From Parasitella parasitica NRRL 2501 (taxonomy: Eukaryota > Fungi > Mucoromycota), in the NCBI GenBank assembly GCA_025201805.1, contig MU619307.1, positions 62,001 through 126,000 on the forward strand: 64,000 nt of DNA. Direction: 5' to 3'. Under the pieces are notes generated by a model, which saw only the letters and a program-made list of their open reading frames with translations, was not told the origin of the DNA and searched no databases. Position numbers and translations under genes: made by a program. Every line of letters begins with the position of its first letter. The stretch's first letter is position 1. This document shows positions 52,450 to 64,000 of this stretch, in pieces.

Positions 52450-53559
52450 GATGCGTATACGCAAAATATAGAAAACTGTGAGAAAAGAGAGTGTACAATG
52501 ACGATTGTTTAGATTGATAACCTTGAGTAATTGTAATCTCAGCGATGGTTGTAATTCTCAATAAGTCACGTTGTCCTTGATCTTACTGGCAAAGTTTCTA
52601 CTTTCTCTACTGCAGAAATGAATAGTAAAAGCAGCTGAAACAGGCAGAGGAAATTGAACTCGTAATTTGGCGATAAACTGATCGAGTTTCATGTTACATT
52701 TTAATTAAGGAAACTCGAACATTACACAAGGGTTAACAGGCTCATAAATAAGAAACATGAGCAAAAAAATAAATCAGTGATTGCGATGTTTTTTGACGTC
52801 TAGTTCTTATCAGGACTACATGTAAATGCGGGGTACAGAAACAAGCTCAAACCAAGATCAAAGCAGAATACAAAAACTGCACCTCTCACGACTACACTCA
52901 TTTGTTAAAATGATTACTAATTGGCATCATTTAATTGTTTCTGCGTAATACTTAGAGAAAACAGACAATTTGCTCTAGTTTCAGAGATCCAAAACCTAAT
53001 GCGGGCTACAAATCAAAGAGAACGGGTCCAGACCTTGACACTTTAGATGAATATTAATGGTTCAGCTATTCAAGAGTTTGCATCTGAATGCATTTGCGTT
53101 ATGTAGGATGTGCTTTTTAGGCGTATTTCTACAGTAAAGTCTTGCAAAAGCAATCATCCTCTGAACTATTCATCCAATAACGGTCGTTGCATACGACACC
53201 AATCTGCCCCTTACAAGCCAAACATTTCATGAGCCGTTCCTGTTGAGTATGCTTTTCTGCAATGGATGTATGCTTTATACAGGCACATATGCTGCCGTTC
53301 TAACATTGCTTATCTGGGATGCAAAGAATACTGCGTGAGGTATATTCGAAAAAACCATGATATGAGAGATTAAAGCTCAAAAAATCTGTAATTACTAATC
53401 AACATCCGTTTGAGTCGAATACAGAAACAAATGAGGTTTCATCTAGTCGCTTTACGATAATAATGAGTTTCTTGTTACCCAGCAGATTTTTGATATTTTA
53501 ATCGTCTTCTATACACAACATAGACACGCCTCATTACTAGACTTTATTGTAGCGCTATT

Positions 53560-54068
53560 ACAATTGCTATAAAAGCACTGAATATTATGGTTTTAGATAT
53601 ATCATTTCCAAAAACAAAGGACACCATCAGCTTTTTCATTACACATTCTACTGTCGTAGAACTTCTAAAATTTCAACGAGTTAACAAAATTTTGGATAAT
53701 AGCATGAAATCAAGTGTGTCTATATACCATCCAGTACGTATATGCGACCAGAGTTTCACATCTGCTGAGCTGTTAAGTGCTTGCTTCACCATCGGATTCC
53801 GTTGAGCAATTACTGTGTTATTGATGTACCTCCATTTTTATTGTGTCTAAGATAGTGGAATGCCGTCATTCTCAATGGATGAAGCAGTGCTGATGGCCTC
53901 TGGTGAACGTCCACGTTTAAGGCTAGCTGTAACATTTGTTTCCTGAGATTGAGCAACTGGAGCTACAGATTGTCGCTGGTTGATTTCTTCACTTGAGATT
54001 TGAGGTTCCTCAATAAGGTGTCTTTCACCACTAGGACTATGAAGAAAGGAAGTATTCTTGGGAGACAC
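53560..54068 (-). pseudogene. Possible decayed coding relic, family unassigned
   Basis: ORF 54068-53847 continues in the same frame through isolated stops with protein-like composition; no recognisable motif. Confidence 0.2.
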
Positions 54069-55175
54069 AATAAAAATGGGTAATATTGATGGATGATATG
54101 ATTTTTATATGAAAAGAAGAAAAAGACCAATGTCAATTTTTATGGTTTTTATACGATTTATGATTGTGATTTATGGTTCATCCGTACACTTTGTATCTAC
54201 TCACTTTTATTGCCATCAAGCATGAGACAAAGCCCATGTTAATCTTATGAACGGCTCTGTTGAAGCTTGGAATTCATCAACTAAAACTAAAATAATTCAT
54301 TTACATGATTTATATTCTTCGTTTCATTTTCGTTACAAGAATGTTTATGTCATATACATATGTAAAATAAAAACTCTATCATTATTTAAATTTTAATAGC
54401 TCAAGCCGTCCGTGCAAGACATTTGAGGTATGCTAGAGTATAATATATTAACGGGAAAAGCCAAAACTAAAAAGATGGGGTCGATGAAGGAATTTCCCTA
54501 ACTTTCGGCTTTTTGAATGCATTTGCCCTGGATATTTGACTCAGTGTACTACTTGAGCACCGTATTATTGAATTATTACTTTATGTTGACGCTGATATGG
54601 ATCTTGTAGCTCTGGACACATTTAGGTGTCTTGTAAGGAAAAATGGTATAATGCAGTGCAGTCTAAATCATTTAATTTGACAATGTCTGCAACTTTTGTG
54701 AACCTTAAACGATGAAGACCATTTTATAACATATATTTAAGCTTCATATGCTTTTAATACTCGACTCTTTAGACTCGAGGTTCTTCAGAGATTACATCAG
54801 TGGCCCAGTAATCGATACAAAATGTTACTGGGTCCAATTAATATCTAATCGTCAAGAGGCGGTCCAAACTTTCCATGTACAATACATGCGAAAGATGATA
54901 AAGTGTGTTTACTTTAATATTTGGTATCGCTGCCCATAATATATCAGTGATAATAAGATTTGTCTGTTGCGCATTTATAAACCAAACAGTTCCTTAATTT
55001 TTTTATTTTTATTATTTTACATTATGTAAGGCATGATTTTTTAAAGGGGAGGGGTCTTTTTTTTTGAAATTTGATATACCCTATCTATTGCTGTATAGTA
55101 AGAAAAGGATGTTGTGCTGTTATTTTTGATTCTATGTAAAGAATAGCAGAGAGTATAAACAATCGGGACAGTTCT

Positions 55176-58100
55176 TTAATAAGGAGGATCATCTCTGTGT
55201 CTCTTCGCTTGTCTTTGTCGAAACAGATCAAAATCTGGTGGTCTGTTTGGACCCATACCTATCAAATTAAGACATTAGCTTAACGAAAAACTGATCCAAA
55301 ACTGCTACATACCTTTATGAGGCTGATAATCATCTTCGTATTCATCTCTGCCCCTACGCTTGGTATTAGGTTTACCGCCACTTCCACCACCACGCATTGG
55401 CATGTTTCCACCATTACGTTTATTATAGCCACCACGACCACGATTGCCATAATTGTTACCACGGCCTGAATCTCTGTTTTGCTGCTGCTGTTGCATAGGC
55501 GGTTTATTGGATCTTGGAGGTGGTTGCTGATGCTGTTGTTGAGGGGGAAGCGGGGGCACGCTAGTATTACCCTGAGGCGGCAATGGTATGATGATATTGC
55601 GTAAAAGTTCTACAAGTTCTCTTGGTTGAATCATGGGCCCATTGAAAGATTGTGGTGGAGGCAAGTTTGAGACAAAGTAAGCAACTGCATCAGGCAATGA
55701 AGATGGTGGTATTATTAAAGGAGGGATTGATGCAGAGTTAGCCGCATTAGAAATAACAGATACAGGAGGTGGTGCCATCATATTAGGACTATTCCAGTTT
55801 GATTGTTGTGGGGGTTGAGACGAAATCACGGGTTGCTGTGCAATAGGCTCAACCTTGACTGGTAACAGAGGTGTAGATTGCTGTTCTGATATTGCTGCAG
55901 TGGGCACAATAGTGGTAATAATAGGCGAGGCATTAGCAGGGCGTGGGGCAGGTTTGTACGCCTGCCATTGATTGAGATCTGGACGAGGATACCTTTCAGG
56001 ATGCACAGGTTCTAAAAGAGGTCGCTTTTGATGATCTTTTGAATGATGCTGATATTGCTGCTGATGTTGTTGATGTAAGAGCTGTTGTTGCTGCTGTTGC
56101 TGTTGTTGCTGCTGTTGCTGCTGTTGCTGTTGCAAATTAGATGTGGACTCGTTGCCAGCCCCAGCTCCAGCAATAGCAGCAGCATCTGCCAACTGTTGAT
56201 TACGAGCAACCCAACCTAATTCTTGATCCTCAATGTTGCGAATATCCAGGTAGCTCTGTCTTTTCAGAAATGATTCCATTGCATTGATTGCAGGTGTAGC
56301 CATAGCTTCGATACGTCTTTTCTCTACATTTTGAATGGAAACAAGATCGCCATATTTGTTTTCATAGTCGAGGAACTTGAGCCAGATAAGGCCAGCATTC
56401 TCTGAAGGCATCGTGGCCAATGTTCTTTCAAATAAGGCACGCGTGTTGTTATCATCATTCATTTCAATCAAGAAATCCAAGTATTCACAAACAAAGTCTG
56501 GATTGTCTGCAAATGACTTTTGACCCAAACTAAAAACTTTGCCAGCAATAGTGGCATCTTTTGAGTTGTGATATTCCATCAGAGCGTCAGCGACATACAC
56601 ATGGTAAGTGCAATTAGTGGCTTTACGAGCTCTTGAAAACAAGGAGCGAGCACTCTTGATACCATCAGTGCGACGAGCAAAACGCATGTAATTAATCCAA
56701 ACCAAGGAGCCAGCACGAGCAATGACTTGTACTTGATCATTTAGCTTCTTTTCAATGGCATCTTGTTCTTTTTTGACATGCTTTTCACGAGAACGCAACT
56801 GTTCTCTAACCTCACCATCAATATCGTCGGATAGATTCAAAGATGCTCTTTCGGCCTCTGCCTCTTGATCAAGCTTGCTAATCTCTTGATGTGCTGCCTG
56901 CTTCAAATCTTCAATATTCTTGTCCAATGTGCTTACTAACTGATCATAGGCTTGACGTGCATCATCTAATTGACGTCTAGATTCACACAATTCCGCATAC
57001 GAAAAGTTGAGTAAGAGACTCGTGGGCATAATCTCAATGCCTTGTTTCAGTATAGAAAGTGATTTCTCTGGCTTTTTGAGCTCTAAATAATAACTAGCAA
57101 AACTGTACCAGATCTCAGGGTAAAGTCGAAGAACTAGGAATGCTTGTTGGTAAGCATAGGCAACACGATCCATTACAGCAGTTTCGTCTTCAAGTTGCAG
57201 AGGATCACTTTTTTCCCATTGGATATAATTCTTCCATAGATCCAATTGAGCAAATTCGTTTGAAGTCCATTTAGGAGGTGCTGCTACGACATTTGTGTTG
57301 ATATTGTCAGTAAATAAGCGCATCTCACGCAAAGCAGTGCGAGCTGTCATGTAAGCCGATGATTTCTCTCCCAGGAATTTTTTAGCCTTAATAGGTCGAT
57401 AGTTAGCTTTCTTGTCTTTTAATTCAGCTTGGACAACTTACAGTCAATCTATTCAAATTGTTCTCCCATTGGTCATATTCTTTCCAAAGATGCTCGACGT
57501 TATTTAATGGAATTGTAACTGCCTTTTGATAGGCACGACGCATCGAGTCCATCTTGCGCTGTTCTTCCCAAGTATTTGAAGTCTAAATATGATCAGCTAA
57601 GTGTGAAATAGGCTTAATTAATGCGTGTATGTTTGTTGTTACCTCTGCAGATTTCAAAAAGTAGATATAATCTGCCCAAATGGGACCAGCATCTTTGTCA
57701 AAACCAACATTACCAAGTACATACTCATAGGCTTTTTCAATGATTGCTCTTGCTTCAGGAGTGACAGAAGAGCCACTTTCCCCAGAATTAATTCGGCGGA
57801 TATAACCAAGGTAAAACTTCCATAGATCAACAGATAAAACAGTTTTAAGACATCGAGTAAATAAAGCTTCGACTTCATTGAAATTTGAGTACTTCAATTC
57901 TAATTCAAGATAGGCAAGCCAATGTTTCGGCTATCGTATACACACATGTCAGAACATAATTTTCATGACATCTCCTCATGTTTCCATGCAAAACATCTCT
58001 CTCCTCAAGAAAAACTTACCGAAGTAGGAAAAACATTTAAAAAACGTTCGTAGATTTCACGAATCACCTCCAAATCACCAGTCTGTTGAGCATCGTTTAT

Positions 58101-58766
58101 TAGCCATGTCCAAGCTTCAAGGTCATATTTGTTTTCTCTGATTCGAGACTCGTATCGTTCTTTTCTGATGCTGATTTTTGTACTTACAACTGGCTCTGCT
58201 TGTTTCTGTTGTTGTTGCTGTTGTTGTTGTTGTTGTTGTTGATGCAGTGCTGCTACAGGGATTTGCCACGAAGCAGGCGCGCTCAAAAATGGAGGAGCAA
58301 TAGAAGCATCATCTATTTGATTTGAGATACCTTCCATTGGCGTGTACTCTTCTATATTTTCATCGACATTTACATTAGGCGTTGTCGTAGAAGAGGTGGC
58401 CTCAGTTGTTTCCATGGTAACTGCAGTTTCCTGATCTGCTGCTGTGGTGGTAGCATATGCTGTAACGGGAGATGCTTCTGATGATTCATTAGTCGCGTTT
58501 GGAGATTCTTGTTGCTCAAGAGAAGTAGCAACCTTTTCCTCCTCATTCTTATGATTATCACTCTCCTTGGCATCTACTGTTGTCTCCTCATTGCCAGCGA
58601 CAACATCAGGAGCAGGAGTTTTTTCTTGCTCATTGATGTCAGTTTCTTCCTGATGCTCTTCTAAGCAAGTAGTTGACATTGGCTCCATATTAATATCCTC
58701 AGCAGCTACATTGGCCACTTGAGATGGATACCCTAGTGTCGCATTTTCAAGTTGGTCTGTATCCAT
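55176..58766 (-). CDS. RNA14: mRNA 3'-end processing factor Rna14/CstF-77 (HAT repeats) with poly-Q and Pro/RGG-rich tail; multi-exon
   Basis: YERFLNVFPTS, EALFTRCL, GFDKDAGPIWADYI, AVTIPLNNVEHLWKEY, WKNYIQWEK, ARRTDGIKSARSLF, ALMEYH, DDNNTRALFER; last exon GPNRPPDFDLFRQRQ. Confidence 0.93.
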
Positions 58767-59318
58767 TTTCTTTTCAATGATAAACAAGGTAAAAAAAATT
58801 TACAAAGAAAAAAATTTTGCAAAAAAAAAAAAAAAAAAACTGATAATGTACCCAAGTTTAGCTTGGTTTGAATGAAAGAGTGTGTTTACACTCTCGGCCA
58901 CTGTATCCACATACACTACAATCTAGCAGGATAGTGACGTACTAAAACATCTGGAAATTGGTCTCGGGTTTGGATCTTGCGATTAATTGATCTGTCTTTC
59001 TCTCTGATGATTTTAATGTATTTCTGATTTATCGAGTAAAAAAAAAAAAAAAAAAAGAAAATGCGTCAATCTGATAATCTCCTTGTGTTGTATACATGAA
59101 AATTCTATATAAAGGAGTATACATGTAAAAGGGGATTCTTCTATAGTTAAAGCAGAACTTTTATTTGAGAAAAAGTTGGTCATTTCGTATAAAGAAAACT
59201 TGATTTTTTTTCTTTTTTTTGGAATATTTAGCCAACCAACATTTTGTTTCTTTGTTTACTTTTTCTCTCTCTTTTCCATTTTTTCTTTCTTCTTGCTTTT
59301 GTTTGATAATTTTACAAA

Positions 59319-60995
59319 ATGTACTCATTGGATTTTGCGGCTCAGGTAAGCCGGATATGTATGGATGAAATCCGAAGAAGAGGTAAAAAAAAAAAAAAAA
59401 ACAAATGTCAAAATTTAAGCAATGGCGATCATAACATGTAACCATCATTATTTGTGTTAGGTTTGAGAGAACGCAAGATATTGCGTAAATCTGGTGAGTT
59501 GTGTGTTTTCTCTTTTGATTGTTTCCCCTATCATCTCTCCTCCCCGCCTTTTTGCTTTTTACAAGAGAGAAGGGGACCAATTTCTCCCTTCTCCTTCCTC
59601 AATCTCTCTGTACCCCCTTTTTGGTTGTGGAAATCAACATCTTATTTCACTCCTCTGAAAATAGAATGATGATTTTGCAAGTACATTTGATTTTTTAAAG
59701 AATATCTGTAACGATGTAGCATACAAATCCTTTTTCTAGTATCCTTCTCCTTGATCTCCTATTTTACTAACAAATCTCTTTTCTCTTGTTCACATAGTTC
59801 CCAACAGCGTCTTGCTGCTAAAAGTCTTTCGAAAGCAAAACTGCACTGCTGATGATCTCACACACGTCAGCATCCATTCTGTTGCGACACTGATGCAAGA
59901 CACTTTATGGTGCTGTCAAGAGCGAATCGTACCCAAGAAAGTATGGAGAGTGATTAATTACGAAAGTAAGTTGCGTCAGTCGATTGATCAAGAAGCATCT
60001 CATACTTATCCAACATAGCTTGCACTTTGAACGATCTTTCACAGTTTATATCAAAAAGAGGACAAGATATACTAGTGGAAATATTGGACTTTCTTGTTCA
60101 AGTAATGCGATATAAGGATGACAATCAAATGGATGCTTATCATTTAGGTGAGGCCATGGGCAAAGTAACGTTGGGACCCACCGACTGTGATCCAATCATT
60201 GCAGAGAAAGCAGGCCATTTCTTGACGCGCATGATCATCGAGCATTCTAAAACGATCCATGGAGAGAAAAAGCGACTTTTATTCAGGGTTGATTCAGGAT
60301 TTGCTTGGCCACCATTACCCATTGTAACAAAGAAACTCCCCATGTCCAAGTCAGAGGCTGCTCGAGCCAAAGCCAAATCTTACAATCGCCTGATTACAAA
60401 GATTCACAAGAGAAATTTTGACTGGATGTCTAATGCTAATGTTGCTCTTTATGCCATGCTGGAGGATGATTATGAGCCAGAACCTTCAGATTCATTTGCT
60501 GAACCTTATTTGTCTATTTTCTCCAAACATTTGGACCCCTCGCAAGCTATTTTGTCTCCTGTTTTGTTTCGTCTGGTCACTGAAGCTAGTAAAGCCATCG
60601 AGCCTATTCCTCAAGATCCTTTTGCCGGCTCTTACCTGTTTGGAGGAGGAAAAAAACTGATTGCTGCTGGTAGAGTTCACCCGATTGAGACGCAAATCAG
60701 TGTTGCATTTGACGACTTTATGCCTTTGCTTCGAAACAACATTGCTTCTAACTATCATGATGCTGCATCTCAATCGAATCATAATGAAAAGGGTCATCAT
60801 AGCAAATCACATATGAACATTATCAATTCATCTCTTTCTCATATGAAGCTCAACCTTAGAAAGCACAAGTCTCAAGGTATGAATAGCCAACAACAGCAGA
60901 GTAATGATTCCATTCTTGAAGAACCTCAGGTTCAGGTTCAGGTTCAGGCTCAGGCTCAGGCTCAAGCTCAGGTTCAGGCTCAGGCTCAGGCTCAA

Positions 60996-61042
<47 letters not shown>

Positions 61043-61373
61043 AGCTCAAGCTCAGGCTCAGGCTCAGGCTCAGGCTCAGCATCAAGCTCAACAACAAACT
61101 CAACATCAACATTCTCAACCTGAGTCAGTTCAGTCTACACCTCCTTTGCCAACATCTGCTACTACAACCAGTAGTACTATATTGGACAATGCCAGTGATA
61201 CATACACCAACAGCAACAAGACACTTTATTCTACAGAAGAATATAATGCATCTAACGCCAGCAGCGGCAACAATAAAGGGAAGCACAACCAAGTAAAGAG
61301 CATGATGAAGCGAGTCATCAAAATGGGAACCATTGTTCCAATCAAGAAGACAGCGCAAGCGTCCATTTACTGA
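59319..61373 (+). CDS. Divergent RhoGAP-like domain protein with long QA dipeptide repeat; 4 exons
   Basis: Spliced N-terminus [21 protein letters not shown]|[11 protein letters not shown]|VPN...[13 protein letters not shown]...|...ILDFLVQV...[13 protein letters not shown] follows the RhoGAP helix pattern. Exons 59319-59382, 59461-59493, 59798-59965, 60019-61373. Confidence 0.65.
60925..61080 (+). repeat. (CAGGCT)n hexanucleotide coding repeat encoding (QV/QA)n
   Basis: About 25 units of CAGGCT/CAAGCT/CAGGTT. Confidence 0.95.
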
Positions 61374-62289
61374 AAGAAGAAATAAAATAGGCCTTTCCCC
61401 TTTGTCATTGCCACACCACCACTACCACTACCACTACCACTACCACTACTCCTTTCCATCGCAATCACTATATTTGAGGTTTCCGGGCAAGACATTTTCG
61501 TAAAGCACCTACCCACATCCACACTGCATTTTATTTACTACAACTATCTATCTACTCCTTAATTCCTCTTTATATCTTTTTTTGTATTGCAACGTGTATA
61601 GCGTTCTACTTTATTAATCATTATTCGAAATAAACAAGTTTATTTGCTTTTATAAAAATCACAAATTTTGTAGTAACTGTTGGAGTTATAAAAAAAAAGG
61701 GGGGGGGGAGAGGGTTTCCATGTTGAAATGGCCGACTTTCTTGTTGCGCGCACTGATTACAAAGCTACAGATGTCTGGTTTGTTTTGCATTTTTCATTGT
61801 TCAATTGTGTCTACAAAAGGCTGGTCTAAATTGCATATCTTGTTGCTTTACTGCGCTTGTTTATTTTTTCCACCGACATTCTTCTTCCCTCGTGCAACAA
61901 TGGAACTATGCAGACGACCACCATATAGCAAAACAAAACTGCGGGTATTCAATCCCTTTATCAATGCTGCAATCAATCAATCAATCAATCAATCAACAGC
62001 CATTTGCGCAAGAAAGAAAAAAAAGTGCGAAGGCAGGATAGAAGAGAAATCACTATGATCGGTACAAAACCTTCTGCTGAGTGAAATGAATTCGTAGTAA
62101 CGAGTTGAATGGTACGCACAGACCTTTACTACATGATTTTTGCTCCAAATGTACTTTTTTGCAAGTTCAAGACATACACCCCTGTATCCCCAGCATAATG
62201 AAAAATAGCTTGAGTTTGCATGTCGAAGTTCAATGTACCCTTGTATTTTTTTTTTGTTTGTGCATTACGCAATCTGATGTCTATACATT

Positions 62290-62353
62290 CAAAACAACAA
62301 CAGCAACAAAAACAACAACAGCAACAAAAACAACAACAGCAGCAGCAGCAGCA
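62290..62353 (+). repeat. Compound CAA/CAG minisatellite in intergenic DNA
   Basis: (AAAACAACAACAGCAACA) repeated about three times, then (CAG)n. Confidence 0.8.
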
Positions 62354-63588
62354 GTTTGTACAATTGAATGACCTCTTGAAATATATAAATCATATAATAG
62401 GTAAAAAAAAAAATACTGTTAGGAGTGCAAGGATTCAAGAACGTATTTGTACGACATTAACAAAGCACATCTCCTGATTTGACTTTAGCCGACTGACCTA
62501 GCAGCTGCTCTTGTTATACATATATGACAAGTTGGTACAATTATGTCTTGTTTTTCTACACAGAGATGTGAGCCGATGGCCCTTGTCTCGTTCTAATTTT
62601 AAAAAAAAGAATCTCAAAGTGTACATTTCTAGTATATTATTTACAAGAAATCACAACTCCCAAGTAACACATGAGCTAAAATAAGATCCCATTGAGAAAA
62701 AAATTTGGACACTTGTTTTGCATTGCTTCACGATGGGTCCGGAAATAGAGGCAATAAGGAGGAGCGTATAAAGACGATTTGCATCAGCATACAAACAATA
62801 ACAAGTTATTCTTTGTATCATTAAGGAGATTCGAATCAAGCAAAATATTATCATTGTCGTGTGTTTGGTGACCCCAACAGAGAAGCATTTTCCCACCAAA
62901 CTCTGATCATTCTTGTTTGTCAGACAGTACACATTGTACAACTTGTAACCGCATTTTTCTATCCTTTCAATGAAGGAAGCATCTGGTTCATTATGACCAG
63001 ATTCAAAGGCTACCAAAATACTTTACCAAACTAAAGAGATATCAAGGCTAAATGTATAAAACATAAATCGACATCATTTGACATGTATCTGGAGTCATCT
63101 TCTGATTATGCCCCCTTTTTTTTATTATTATCGAGAATTGCTTATCCACCACTGACATTTTAGATTTAAATTGATGGCCAGTGTGTCACTCAAGAATGAT
63201 CGAGAGTTGGCATGCATAGCGTGATGAATATAGTTTTTATTTATATCATTATCAGAATCGTCATCATCATACATCATATATAAATAACAATATCATAAAA
63301 AAGAGAGCAAGAGGGGGGGGGCGAGAGAGCGAGAAAACGAAAGAAAAAGGTAGCGATTGGAATGAAGGGCATTACATAACAGTAAAGAAGAATAATATAC
63401 ACATAAATAAAGAAGGATACAAAAAGAGAATATACAGAGAGTAACGACGAAGGATTCAAGGGATATGTGAGGGATAATATATAATAGGTAATAGCAGTTA
63501 TATAATAATAATAAAATAATGTATAGTAAATAGGATATAATATGAAATGGGGTAATATATAAAGGAATAAAGAGAGTGTGTATTGTGT

Positions 63589-64000
63589 TTATCGCATTGA
63601 TAGCTGGTGGTAGTGATCATTTGGATTCATCAATCTTGTTCTTTGGAATCTGCTTGCATGTTCTTGATCTTGTTGTTCAGAGTAGTAGTGATGAGGATGA
63701 TGATATGGCTGTTCATGTTGAAGATACTGATGATGGTGATGGATAGATGGATGGTAATGATGATAATGCTGAGGAGGAGACAGGTGCTCCCTGGTAGGGC
63801 TAGCAAAATCTCTCTGATAAGTGTAGAAATCGTGTCTACGACGTCTTGTTGGCTCCATAAAAGCACTAGCTGCAGGCTGCTGATGATGATTGACCATTTC
63901 AGGATATGCCATCATTTGGGCAGTCAAGTTCTCAGACTCCAGCATAGGTTGCAAGATACGGCGTCTTGCGTTGATAAACCAGTTGCTGATTTGATTCACG
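63589..64000 (-). CDS. TALE-class homeodomain transcription factor, 3' part (gene continues past the window edge)
   Basis: Recognition helix NQISNWFINARRRIL (WFINARRR, TALE/KN type) followed by a His-rich tail. Confidence 0.88.
   Translation of the reverse strand, partial: VNQISNWFINARRRILQPMLESENLTAQMMAYPEMVNHHQQPAASAFMEPTRRRRHDFYTYQRDFASPTREHLSPPQHYHHYHPSIHHHHQYLQHEQPYHHPHHYYSEQQDQEHASRFQRTRLMNPNDHYHQLSMR

Noticed and set aside
60828-61296. ORFs encoding (SL)n and (RL)n
   Set aside because: Alternative-frame shadows of the CAGGCT repeat in the real gene.
62105-62477. Poly-Q / poly-T-A ORFs
   Set aside because: Generated by an intergenic CAA/CAG minisatellite; no coding context.
1-64000. 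tRNA genes, CRISPR arrays, telomeric repeats
   Set aside because: No cloverleaf with A/B boxes, repeat-spacer array or telomere tract found by eye; a tRNAscan-SE/Infernal run would be needed to exclude small ncRNAs.

Overview
AT-rich, intron-rich fungal DNA. Short GT-AG introns, long poly-A/T tracts and the gene content point to Mucorales (Mucoromycota); this assignment is inferred. The window holds about 16 ordinary protein-coding genes: a Boi/Pob1-like SH3-SAM-PH scaffold, kinesin-6, derlin, cytochrome c1, PI4P 5-kinase, a GFA/CENP-V protein, a thaumatin-like protein, an SPX phosphate transporter, a copper-fist TF, a tandem-DUF protein, Nup188, SRAP/HMCES, Pns1, a Zn2Cys6 TF, Rna14 and a divergent RhoGAP with a QA repeat. 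A TALE homeobox gene runs off the right edge. The notable accessory region is a nested mobile-element cluster at about 20.3-23.4 kb. It contains (i) an internally deleted Helitron with an intact hairpin-CTAG 3' end, (ii) directly abutting it, a spliced gene whose product follows the layout of a serine-recombinase/resolvase catalytic domain, the best candidate for an undescribed system here, and (iii) an 824-bp Tc1-like DD34E element with perfect 28-bp TIRs and a TA duplication, inserted 10 bp after that gene's stop. A second, decayed Tc1-like relic lies at about 38.3-39.1 kb, and an isolated 21-nt exact match to 28S rRNA lies at 5.5 kb. No tRNA, full rRNA gene or CRISPR array was seen. Exon boundaries were read by eye and family names come from motif recognition, not database searches.
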